The position numbers and the translations under genes are program-made. The notes beneath the pieces are model-generated. The model did not search any database and was not told the DNA's origin. It was given only the letters and a program-made list of their open reading frames with translations. A DNA stretch of 57,017 nucleotides, filler included, from Catajapyx aquilonaris (lineage: Eukaryota): assembly GCA_000934665.2 (NCBI GenBank). It is 3 parts of 3 records of this genome, joined end to end, with 100 filler letters (N's around TTAATTAATTAA, not from the genome) between each part and the next. Parts side by side here need not be neighbours in the genome. Positions count along the whole stretch, not along the records: positions 19,046 to 37,988 come from JYFJ02006566.1; 2 more parts are not named here. The stretch is one strand, 5' to 3'. Shown here in pieces: positions 27,318-38,088 of this stretch (its first letter is position 1; the number at the start of each line of letters is the position of its first letter).

Positions 27318-29060
27318 CTACAGGCCGTATGCTGTGGCCAGCTCCTTGCATTTCTGAAACACATTATTGCAGTTTAAAATGGCCCGTATTTAATTGGCAC
27401 TGACGCCAGGGAGCATAATTATACTGTACTACATAAGAGGCGCAAACTTCTGTCGGCGCCTTTGATGTTCGCGTCTCTCTGTTTGGGGCCGTTGCCAAGG
27501 CTTGCGGCCATCTTGAAGTGTTGGGAACGTCTACGAGGTATAAAATGGTACAGGCAAAAATAGGGTGCGCCATCTTTGATAATTTTGGCGGCCATGGCAA
27601 CTGCACGGCAAGAACACGCGCGAATCAAAGATGGCGGACCCTATTTTTGCCTGTACCCTATTTATACCTCGTTGGCGCTCCCCACACTTCGAGATGGCCG
27701 CCAGCCTTGGCAACGCCCCAAACAGAGAGACGCGGAAATCGAATGTTTGCGCCTCTTATGTAGTGCTCCCTGCTGGCGCTAATAAAATGACGAGAGTACT
27801 AACCAGCTTGATCTGAGTCCGCATGCACTTCCCGACCTTCATGAATCCAGTGCATCCAACCTTCCCCATCTCAATCTTCATTCCTGTAGATATGAGAACA
27901 GTGCCATACAGTCACCGTAAACAAGTATTACGCCTCTTTTTAGCATCAAGATGTCATTCTTCGATGAATTATTATCGCGGGTTTAAAAGTTACTCTCAAA
28001 TTGGCGGAAAAATATGGGGCGTGGCCTAAAGGGCGCATTCCGACTCCTGCCTAACCACAGTGACGTCAGCAGACTGGTGCACCTGCTTTACTTGGCGGTC
28101 CGTTCGATTCCGTCGGTATATGGTCGCCAACAAAGCAAACAAATAAAGGAACGAAACAGCCCCGGGTGCATTCCTTCCTCTGCACCGATCTGTTTAGCCA
28201 CAGTGACGTCAGAGAGCAATACCATATAATCAATATGATTTTTGATTTTAGATGAGTTTGCAAAATGTAGGGTAGGACACGTACCATTGTTGCAGACTGG
28301 ATCGCTGCTGCCTTTACCCCCTTCGAAGCATTGGGACTTGGTGAACAGGGCTGCCTCCTTCAAATCCCCGTCTTCCAGCATGGCTATCTTCTCGTCCAGC
28401 TTGTCTTCGTGGACACAGCCTTCCGAGTCAACCTGTGGACAAGGTTTTTATACAACTCGCATGAAATAAACGTATGGTAAAAAAAAGCAGTTGCGAAATG
28501 TCTACTTACAACTCCCATTTCCCTGGCATAGCAGTCGACCCAGCACTGCAACAATAATACCATAAGAGTGGCAATGGGTGGAATTTGCGTCCCACTGCTA
28601 GTTACTCTTAGTGGTTACATTAGTGACTAGCAGTGCAACGAAAATCCCACCCAATACTGCTCAACTTACCAGAGGACTTGTGGGAAACTTATCCCTGCAC
28701 TTGTACCCAATCTGGACAAACTCGTGGTCTTCAGGAGGGAGGTCACATGCCTGAAAGACAATGCACGTCGTAGCAGCAGGAGTTGTTTGGTTCGGTTCAT
28801 TAGGAGAGCTGAGGCAACTAAAGCCATTGGATGCGAGGAATATGGTGTTGGAAATGCCCAAGAATAATATTGTACAGTTGGGTATAAAGGAGCATATCAG
28901 ACCAAGAAATTAGCCTCTGCCTTTCCTGTTGGAGGCTAATTTCTCGCTCTGGTCCGCTCCTTTAACCGACTGGTACAGGATGCTTCAAAACTACAGGAAC
29001 TCTGCTGACCATCACAATCTGTAAGAAGGCGAGCAGAATCGGCACCCACAAAGTCACCAT
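27318..29060 (-). CDS. OBP-like secreted protein D, 6 exons
   Basis: MVTLWVPILLAFLQIVM/ACDLPPEDHEFVQIGYKCRDKFPTSPL/CWVDCYAREMGV/VDSEGCVHEDKLDEKIAMLEDGDLKEAALFTKSQCFEG(GKGSSDPVCNN)/GMKIEMGKVGCTGFMKVGKCMRTQIKL/KCKELATAYGL*. Exon 4 has two possible same-phase donors. Confidence 0.8.
27407..27772 (-). mobile_element. Fold-back MITE family 1, copy 3 (last intron of OBP-like D; inverted relative to copy 1)
   Basis: CAGGGAGCA...TGCTCCCTG; flanks CTGACGC / CTGGCGC (6/7); central spacer is the reverse complement of that in copy 1. Confidence 0.9.
28574..28655. mobile_element. Short hairpin repeat family 2, copy 2 (intron 2 of OBP-like D)
   Basis: ATGGGTGGAATTTGCGTCCCACTGCTAGTTACT ... AGTGACTAGCAGTGCAACGAAAATCCCACCCAAT; self-complementary and similar to 26483-26574. 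Confidence 0.6.
28875..28972. repeat. Imperfect ~100-bp hairpin in intron 1 of OBP-like D
   Basis: Perfect core AGAAATTAGCCTC/GAGGCTAATTTCT with outer TAAAGGAGC/GCTCCTTTA arms. Confidence 0.6.
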
Positions 29061-29597
29061 CGTCAGCACGGTATACAAGAGACAAGTTGGAGGCTTCTTG
29101 CTGCTCACTCTTTATATACTGTCCAGGAGGTGGATGTAGATGACAAGCTTTGTTTTGGGGGACCACGACATAAGTTTAATGCATGGACTTGAGTGGCACC
29201 TGTAGTCCGGCTTCCTCTCTTGTCTCCATAGCGCACACACGGCAGCACATCCGTCTTCTTATTGAGGCGTCACTTTGGCTAATGTCATGTGCGAGTTTGC
29301 GTGACAAAGTGATGGGCGTGAATGGACATGGTTGTTCAGAATTGGTGGTGTGACTTGCATCAAACGCTGCCACTTCTCAGGCCGGATCATGAACGTGCAT
29401 TGTGTTTTTTTTTTAAATGTAAAATCCGTCGTGTTTCACACTCGTTATGTTATTGTTGAGCAAGAGGCGATTTTATTGTTCAATGAACATGTCTACATGA
29501 AGCGAGAGTGTGATGCTGGGAACTGCTGCTGCTGCTGGGTGATGAAAAAGCGACGTTGCTGCGACATGTGCTTGCACCTACCTGATATGAGAACTCC

Positions 29598-31020
29598 TTA
29601 GTCCTTCAGGAGTTTCGAACAATCCTTTTGGAAACAAGCCATTATTATTAATGTGTAAGTCTGCAACTTTAAAAAAATCTCCTCTGTACTTTTCGGGTAT
29701 GACTCTTTCTTACCTTCTCAATGACTTTTTTGATGCATAGCCCTACTTTCATGTACCCCTGGCATCTCGGCTTCTCCAGGTCAATCTTCAAGCCTGATGG
29801 AGAGATCGGGGATGATGATTAATTAATTTATTAGTTGTCTGATACAATAATTTATTATGAGGGGCTCACTTTTCTTGAGGCACTTCTTCTTAGCCTGAAA
29901 CATGTTCACTTTCAGAAGTCCATCCGGAAGTGCGTTGAGAGCCTTGTCGATGCCCTCGATGTCCGGCTTGCCCTTGTCGGTCACCTGCAGACACAAATTA
30001 AGAGGTCAGATACTTACTACATATTAATTTTTATTAAATGAGCGCAACCGAGTGCGCAGCATAGTTCTCGCAAGTTGTTTCCAAACAAAAAGGCCGACTT
30101 TTGCGGCGTTGCCAAGGCTCAGGAACGAACCTTAGAGGCTAGTAACCGTGGCAACGCTGTTGTCGGAACAATGGACTTGCGCGAGTATGGGCGCGCACTC
30201 GGTTGCGCTCGTAAAAAAAATCGTCTGCAATTAAATGTTGCTTGTACTGTACGGACAGGATCAGAGGCAGCACAGTCAGGGAGCATATACTACATAAGAG
30301 GCGCAAACATTCTATTTCCGCGTTGCCAAGGCTGGCGGCCATTTTGAAGTGTGGGCAACGCCAACGAGGTATAAATAGGGTACAGGCAAAAATAAGGGTC
30401 CGCCATCTTTGATTCGCGCGTGTTCTTGCCGTGTAGTTGCCATGGCCGCCAAAACCATCAAAGATGGCGGACCCTATTTTCGCCTGTATCCTATTTATAC
30501 CTCTTTGGTGTTGCCCACACTTCAAAATGGCCGCCAGCCTCGACAACGGCTCCAAACAGAGAGACGCGGAAATCAATGGCGCCGACAGAAGTTTGCGCCT
30601 CTTATGTAGTATATGCTCCCTGGCACAGTCCTAAACAAAATAATAATAATAATAATATGGATAAAACTCACCAGATGCAGGTTTTTAGCCAGGCAATCAA
30701 ACCAGCACTGTAATTAATCGAAAAGAATAATAATTGTCAGCGTTGAAACCGGTGGCTCGTAATGAGTAAATTACCAGCTTATCTGCGCCATGAAGCTTGT
30801 TGCACTTGTTGTTGATGACCATGAAATTCGAGTCTGGAGGCGGATAGTCGCAGACTTCGCCGCCTGCCAGAATTGCGACCTGATGGTGAAAAAATAATCC
30901 ATATTGTTAATGCTGATTTTTAAATAATACAATGTGTATGGCGATTGGGGATTAATAAAGAGTGTGCTGCGTGTAACACCTTACCGGCAATGCGATCAGG
31001 AGTAAAAGACACGCAGCCAT
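29598..31020 (-). CDS. OBP-like secreted protein E, 6 exons
   Basis: MAACLLLLIALP/VAILAGGEVCDYPPPDSNFMVINNKCNKLHGADKL/CWFDCLAKNLHL/VTDKGKPDIEGIDKALNALPDGLLKVNMFQAKKKCLKK/SLKIDLEKPRCQGYMKVGLCIKKVIEK/DCSKLLKD*. Confidence 0.83.
30040..30210. mobile_element. Inverted-repeat element (MITE-like) in intron 3 of OBP-like E
   Basis: Perfect 18-bp terminal IR GAGCGCAACCGAGTGCGC ... GCGCACTCGGTTGCGCTC, with further internal pairing (GCGTTGCCA/TGGCAACGC). Confidence 0.7.
30277..30622 (+). mobile_element. Fold-back MITE family 1, copy 4 (intron 3 of OBP-like E)
   Basis: CAGGGAGCATATACTACATAAGAGGCGCAAAC ... GTTTGCGCCTCTTATGTAGTATATGCTCCCTG; perfect 7-bp TSD GCACAGT (30270-30276, 30623-30629). Confidence 0.93.
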
Positions 31021-33296
31021 GTTGGGTCCCACAGCCGGGTCCATTCCATCCAGATTTCTACCCAGGTGTCCTCTGCTCGGACAGCATTTATCCAATAAAA
31101 CGTCCGGCCTCTATTGGCCAACTGCTGGTCATTTTTATATATCGGAGCGGATGCAGCCACGCGCCGCATAAAATGGCGGATGTGCCCTCTTGCTCCGTAA
31201 CAATAGGGGGGAACAATAGGATTGTTAGCCCAGGGTGTGACGAAACATCCCTAAATTATATGGTTGTTTCTGCTGCAGATCCCTTTTGGGGTTGGGCGCG
31301 TGCTGCTGGATGCTGGGCTGGACCATTACATGGGGACAGAGACCCCTCCTCTCTCCTTTGTGAATGGGGATGGGCGGATTCATTTTTGGACGCGGTTCAC
31401 GTGCTCATCCAGGCCACCTTCCGTCATTGTCCACTTGTTTGCATACACACTATATAATATGGCCTCGTTCCTCATTCACGCTGCCCTCACACACATGCGC
31501 ACATGCTTTTAAAAACTATAAGGTGCAGGTGTTGCGAGATCTCATTTTTAGAATTAAAATTGCTCGATAACAGTTTACTTTGCATAATTATTGTACTTGC
31601 AGTCCATTTTTTGATGAGTAACGATGCTTCCAAAATCAACATCGTGTGATCCTTGGTGTGATCCTTCCGTATAGAGTAGTCTCAACACAAATAGCTCGTG
31701 GTCACTCAGATAAAACAGGATCAGATTTTATATATGGGAAATCCGGGGGTTGATGGCTTTTTTGGGGGGTTGAAATTCTCCCATTTTCCATTTTTTTTAT
31801 CTCATGTTGAATTACTGTAAAAAAAAAGAGGTCAATGCTGTACAATCTGAGCGTCATCATACGCGTCACGTGGAGCCACGCCTGATACTTTTTAATCGAA
31901 ACTTTGAATAGAAATTGCGTGTATCCTGGGTGCGTTATGAGTATAGACCAAACACAAAAGCAAGGCGCACCAAAGTTTGGGCCAATTGTAGCAACGTGGG
32001 AGGAAAATCCAAGGAAAATCACCTTGCTAGAGTGCTGAAAGGTGTCATTGTCGTTAACATCTTTTGACACACATGTGGATCAACCAGGTCTTAGAACTTT
32101 GCACTCGACTGGTCATGAAGCTACTAAGCAAACCTGGCATTACTGTACGTATGAAGTAGGCCTATATGGCGCACTTTAATCTCATTGCGTGACTTGCCCT
32201 CAAGGACATAATTATGGACGCTGCTGGACTGTGTTTTTAATGCTAATTTTGCGTTGTTGAGAACGAAATAGCCTCAACCCTCCAGCATGGCCCACTGCAC
32301 GGTGTCCATGTTTACTTGATATCCCAATAAGGTTATTCGCAATATTCCACATAGACACATTGTCGCAAAATATATTCCGAGCATAACAACTAATTAACAT
32401 GAACATGGCTGCACCTGCAGAGTCTGTTGCGGATGAATTGATAGATTCATTACCAGGCATGTTACATGCAATTCAGACCAGATGTGCTTGCAATACTCCA
32501 CGTATAGTGTACGTCATTCCAGGCTGTAGCTGCGCAATAATTCCGGCTTGTTGCAAGCACACTTGCAGTATGATTCCTCTGGAGCACACGGTCACAAAAA
32601 GGTGGTAAGCACCCTTCGAAATTTAGCTCTGGCCAGTAATAGGTAAGCAAAGGTACGTTTTTTTAAAAAGTTAAGTTGTTGTTGTTACGCCTGGTTTAAT
32701 TTAATGAGTGTCTTACCGCAAATGACTTGTGCATTGTGCAATGCAGGTATAGGACCATGTGCATACTTTTACATACATGTTAGTGCACTGCTAACAATGT
32801 TTGGTGTCCAAACATCATTTCTTCTTCATCAGTCTTATTTCTGTGAGTTGGTTGGATATGGAGCAGATGACGGAAATGGAATAAAACATGTACCGTATAG
32901 TCTACGTACGTGGCATACACCAACTGATGGTATGTATAGCATGACATCTCGAGCTGCAAATTACAGACTACATTGGCCAAGTGTCCTGCGTTTAACAAGG
33001 TAAGAGACAGGTTTACTTCAGAATAATCAGTGAAACCCAACACATTGTCGCCATTGTGGCATATGCAAGCACGCAACATTGCGCCGATGTTTTGTGGTGG
33101 CATCTGATATGATTTCTTTTATTATTCGCAAGCAATACAATGGGTGAAGCTGTGCACATAACGCTTTGTGATTGCATCTGACGTCATCACCGTTTATCTG
33201 TTGGAAGTTGGCGACAATATATATGCTGCGGTCTAATCTAATCGGTGCACGTGCATCGTGGAAGGCACAAGCTTTCAAGACGGGTGTATGTGTAAG

Positions 33297-34094
33297 TTAG
33301 ACTATCTCTGCCCAGGCTCCGCAGTGGCCGTGGAAGTCGCACTCCTGAAATCGGCAACAATGCAACCCTCATCATTCAGTTCCTCACAATTATATTGGAA
33401 CTGGGTGATTGTATAAAAGAAGAGAACATGCCTTGCACATCCTGAGGAGGAAGCAGTCGACTATGGGCTTGTATCCCATGCAATCGGCTGGGCCAGGGTC
33501 CATGGCTGCCCCGTGCTGCTTCAGACAAGCCTCGGCCGAGTTGTAAAACTCGTCGTAGAACCGCCCGTGTTCTAACCCTTCCATCGTCTTCTTCAGGTCA
33601 AAGTTCGGGTTCAGCTTCTCGTCCGGTCCAATCTGATGCGGACAGCAGGATCGGAAATATTAATTGAGAATTGAGAACAAAGTATAGGGGAGACACACAA
33701 CACTCACCGTTTGTCCCTCCTTCATCACGCATTTTGCATAGCACTGGAAGAGGAATTATTGTTAGCGTGTTACAACAACAATGGTGATTGAATGCGATGC
33801 GAACTCACGTAGTTGTACTTGTTCTTGTCCCAGAAAGGCTGGCACTTCATCACAATGTCCTCCCATTTGGTCGGAACCTTGTTTGGTATGACACATTCTT
33901 CGAGGGACTGGAAAATATTACGCCCGTTTCCATTATTGTAAAACAATGCTATTTCTGCGCATTTTTTTGCTGTGTTTAAATCGCTGGCTGTACTCGTTGT
34001 CTGCAGAGGATGAAACGAATGGCCTACTAACCAGAACAGAGGCCAGCAGACTGGCGAGAAGAACCAGCAGGACCTTCATTGTTGCGGCAGCCAT
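33297..34094 (-). CDS. OBP-like secreted protein F (10-Cys subtype), 5 exons
   Basis: MAAATMKVLLVLLASLLASVL/SLEECVIPNKVPTKWEDIVMKCQPFWDKNKYNY/CYAKCVMKEGQT/IGPDEKLNPNFDLKKTMEGLEHGRFYDEFYNSAEACLKQHGAAMDPGPADCMGYKPIVDCFLLRMCK/ECDFHGHCGAWAEIV*. The last intron requires a GC donor. Confidence 0.82.
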
Positions 34095-36033
34095 CTTCCT
34101 GCGCTGTACCGTCTCTGCAGAATGATGTGCACAACAGATTTTGAATCGACAACGACGGAGGTTTATATAGAGTATGCGCATCAGCATATCTCTCCGCTGA
34201 ACGTGTTCGTCGTATAATATAAAAGAAAAATACACACAATAATAATTTCCATTCCTGAAAAGATGCGGAAGCTGAGGCGATCGGGAAGTTTCGGACAGTG
34301 TTTGGGCGGAGGAAGGTGACACCTCCTTGCTCTCATTCGGTGACAATTGCACCAATTGCACCCGAGCTACATGTACCGGAAGAGCCTTTCATGTCCCGCG
34401 CAACCTCTGACTCTGTCATGAGTCCTTCCGATTTGGATACCTCGCGTGATGCAGACACCAGTCCTGCGGCTTTAAAGCCCTTATTGCTCACTTGCTCTCC
34501 AACAATTACTTTGTCAACGTTCAGCCAACCTGCAGCTAATACTTTGCATTAACTCGCGTACTTGCGCAATACTCCGTGTCTCCTGTCTTTTATTATTTTC
34601 TCACAATTTGTTTACATGCAAATGTGTCTCAGAGCCGCCTTAGCTTGGCCAATATGTAGTCTGAGTAAATAAATTATTCTGTATAAAAATTCTATAAAAG
34701 GTCGATGAAAATGTTTCAAGCAAGAATATGCACATGTCACAACATGATAATGTTATGCAAATCGTAACAGGATCAAGTTTCTCTATATTGTACGTACAGT
34801 CATGCTTGTTGTTAAGCCTGCTTTTATGCTTACGAATTATGCGTATGCAATGTTAATAATAATTTTGGTGTTGGCTTCTGAAACATGTAGTACTCTTTCA
34901 TATGTTCCAATAGTCAACTCGTACCTACTAGTGACGCTAACAATGCCGGTGTCATCCAACTTGAGGTGCATTTTGGATCATTCTTCGTGGGCATGTGTCC
35001 ATTTGTGAAGCGTTCGTGTAATAAGGATCAGCATAAATTAGGGAAATATTTTTATTCAATTCCCGATGTTTTAGTTAGACTGCCTTGATTTGACCGATGA
35101 GTACAATACCGCATGTATATAAAATGAGGCACGTAATGCAGAGTAGTTGTGGTTGTGACTCCCGTCCAATTGTTCTCACCTGCTGCACTTGTCCTCCCTG
35201 CTCATTTCCCGACAATTCTTCCTCGCGTCCTGATGTAAGCACGGGGTGATCGTGACCTGACCGACATTGTGGCCACCATTGAGGTGAGTCCCTGCATCTT
35301 ATGCCCGTCCAGAGACTTACCACGATGGTGACCCCCAAGGGCGGTCAGCGGAAGGGGAAACCTCTTGTCTGCTACCTCTATAGCCAAGGTAATGAGTTTC
35401 GCATGCCTCAGCAGTTTCTATAATACTGATACCATGCGACTATTGCATTAACCCAAGCAGGTCGGTTTCACTATAGTCAGTTTCAATGTACCGTACTGTG
35501 TACCGGACGTCTCTTGTCCGTACCCCTTCGATGTCACTCCGAGACTTGCATTTCCTGTTGCCCCCGGTTTGCATGCCGCACTCCTCCAGCAGGAAGCATT
35601 GCATCAGTACGTGATTTCCAAGTAACTCCTCCATCGTGTTGTGGTCACACTTATATTTGACGCTGTCAATTTGGCCCGATTGAATTTTTCGCCTGTCATT
35701 TATTCGTCATACGGTCCATAAACTCGCATTCGCATCTAGTAGTCATTAATTTAGGCGTATGACTTCGGGTTTGTTCTGGCCTTTAAGACGGATGCATAAT
35801 TATTATGATGTAATGGATAAAGAGCGCAACAATACCGTCAATACGTAAAGGATACAAAAATGGAAGTGTTTTTGTATAATCCCTCCACTGATCGAGCACA
35901 AGTCAACATTTTCATTGTTCATATCCCCAAAAGTTGGTCCCCGTTTTAAATTTAAAATTGCGCGTAAAACACGACCTTTGCTTTGTACTCAATATTTCCA
36001 CATCATTATCTGGACTCATTTTATTATGATCAG

Positions 36034-36360
36034 GTCTTGACTAAGGTCTGGTGACGGAAGTCTGTGGTTTTACTGTAGCTGTGGGGACCTGTTCCAATTG
36101 TGGGGACATTTGTCGGTCCCCACAGTCTCACACACGCGAAGTGTACCATTACAGTGGGGACATGTGTAAATTAGTGGGGACATGTCCCCACTATTTTCAT
36201 TTGTAGGTTTTCACAAAAGTCCATTTTTCTCAGCCTAGGTTACTTAGGGTAGGGTAGGTTAGGTAGGTTAGGTTAGGTTAGGTTAGGTTAGGTTAGGTTA
36301 GATCAGTTTACACTCGCAGTGAAAAGTGATCAATGTCCGTCCCCACGCCTTAGTCAAGAC
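36034..36360. mobile_element. Non-autonomous element with subterminal IRs, GTGGGGAC repeats and an internal (TTAGG)n tract (CACTA/EnSpm-like)
   Basis: IR GTCTTGACTAAGG (36034-36046) / CCTTAGTCAAGAC (36348-36360); several GTGGGGAC/GTCCCCAC motifs; six perfect TTAGG units at 36268-36297; TG repeats just right of the element. Superfamily is inferred. Confidence 0.55.
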
Positions 36361-36801
36361 AAGAGTGTGTGGTACTGTGTGTGTGTGTACAGGGGTTCCG
36401 CATAGTATAATACGGTATCCTGAAATAATTTGGTGCAGAATTGGCCATCTTGATTTTAACTGGTGGAAGTACGATCATTTGGGTATTGTGTTCCCTGGGC
36501 TTCGCTTAATTTCGACATATTTGTGGGTTGACACATTATTGAATAACATCCTCCAATTGTTAGACTTTGCGGTCATAGAACATCTTGATCAGTAATTCAT
36601 GCGCTTAATTTAAGTTACAACGACGCGACGGTGAGACTCATTAATAAGGCATGTAGGGTTAGTATTGTTTGTAGAATATATTTATTTCCTGGCTGATAAA
36701 CATGATTGTGAATGCTGCTCTCAAGGACAAGAGAGCAACAACGGCGACGTTACATGTGGCATATGGAGGCGGCGACAGCGTCCTTCTGTGGGTCGTGTGC
36801 T

Positions 36802-37524
36802 CTAGGCAATTTCGAAGTGGGCGCAATGTCCATGGAAGTCACACTCCTGCGAATTAAAGTTGTCGGCAGAAAATGACATGAAAATGACCACCAGCACTCT
36901 TATCAAGCTGCTCTAATGGGAGGAACATTTATTGACCTTGCACATCCTGAGCAGGAAGCAGTCGGTGACAGGCTTGTAGCCGAGACAGTCCGCTGGTCCT
37001 GGATCCATGGCAGCACCATGCGTCTTCAGGCAGGTGTCAGCAGACGCGAAGAACTCGTCGTAGAACCGACCCTTCTCCAGTCCTTCCATGGCCTTGGTCA
37101 GGTCAAAGTTCGCGTTGTACTTGCCATCAGCACCAAGCTGGAAAAGGAAATTAAGAGCAGAATATTCAAACTGGACACAGTTGACCAGCGGTACTTACAG
37201 CGCCTCCCCCCTGCATGACGCACTTGGCATAACACTATAGAAAGAGGATATAGTTGAATCAGTGATGCGCACGGAGTTCCATTGAACAACAACAAGATTG
37301 TTGGAACTCACGTAGTTGAACTTATCCTTGTGCCAGTGGGGCTGACACTTCTCAATGATGTCCTCCCAGAGCTGGGGGATCTTCTTCGGAATGACGCACT
37401 CGTCCAGTGCCTTTTCGCGAGAGAAGCGTGAAGTTGGGAACATTGGGTCTGCAACAGAAGGACTCACCGCAATGGCGACCAGAAGACATGTCACCAGCAC
37501 CAACAACTGCTTGCCGGCGACCAT
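36802..37524 (-). CDS. OBP-like secreted protein G (10-Cys subtype, paralogue of F), 5 exons
   Basis: MVAGKQLLVLVTCLLVAIA/ALDECVIPKKIPQLWEDIIEKCQPHWHKDKFNY/CYAKCVMQGGGA/LGADGKYNANFDLTKAMEGLEKGRFYDEFFASADTCLKTHGAAMDPGPADCLGYKPVTDCFLLRMCK/ECDFHGHCAHFEIA*. Confidence 0.85.
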
Positions 37525-37988
37525 CTTTTTTTTGCTGGTGATTGATGTGGGGAGAAAAAGAGGGCTGCTGATCTGAAACTGCTCTTCCTTCCTTCTGGTG
37601 GCAAAGTGACCTCGTCTTGTCCACTTCGCTCGCCTTTTTATTTGTCCCATCGAAATTGATAATGTGGTTGAGTCAAAACGTTTCTTTTTCAGTGGGAGGA
37701 AAATGCCGTGCCATTTCGCACACTTTCCATGTCAGGAATCGGAAGCGATTTTTTTTTGTTGAACGATTTGCATGCTGATTGTTGAGCCACTCTCATTGCT
37801 TCATGTCCTTCTGAACCAATCCGTACCTGTCACTGAATTACGACAGCGAGCTATTTTCTTTTGAAGCAAACGATCATACTTTGAATCGTTTTGCAACACA
37901 GTATAGTCCAGGTGCTAAGGGACAAATTTGACCCAAACTTTGCATTTTGTGACAAAAGTATGAAACTCGGTACACTTGTTCTTTGGAC

Positions 37989-38088
37989 NNNNNNNNNNNN
38001 NNNNNNNNNNNNNNNNNNNNNNNNNNNNNNNNTTAATTAATTAANNNNNNNNNNNNNNNNNNNNNNNNNNNNNNNNNNNNNNNNNNNN
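37989..38088. other. Artificial scaffold gap with six-frame-stop linker TTAATTAATTAA
   Basis: 100-bp N run with TTAATTAATTAA at 38033-38044. Confidence 0.95.

Noticed and set aside
28935..28972. Candidate extra exon in OBP-like D (SVKGADQSEKLASNR)
   Set aside because: It is one arm of an intronic hairpin and has no donor before a stop; exon 1 joins ACDLPP directly.
36243..36301. (TTAGG)n as a true telomere or fusion site
   Set aside because: Only about 60 bp, single orientation, and enclosed in an IR-bounded element between genes.
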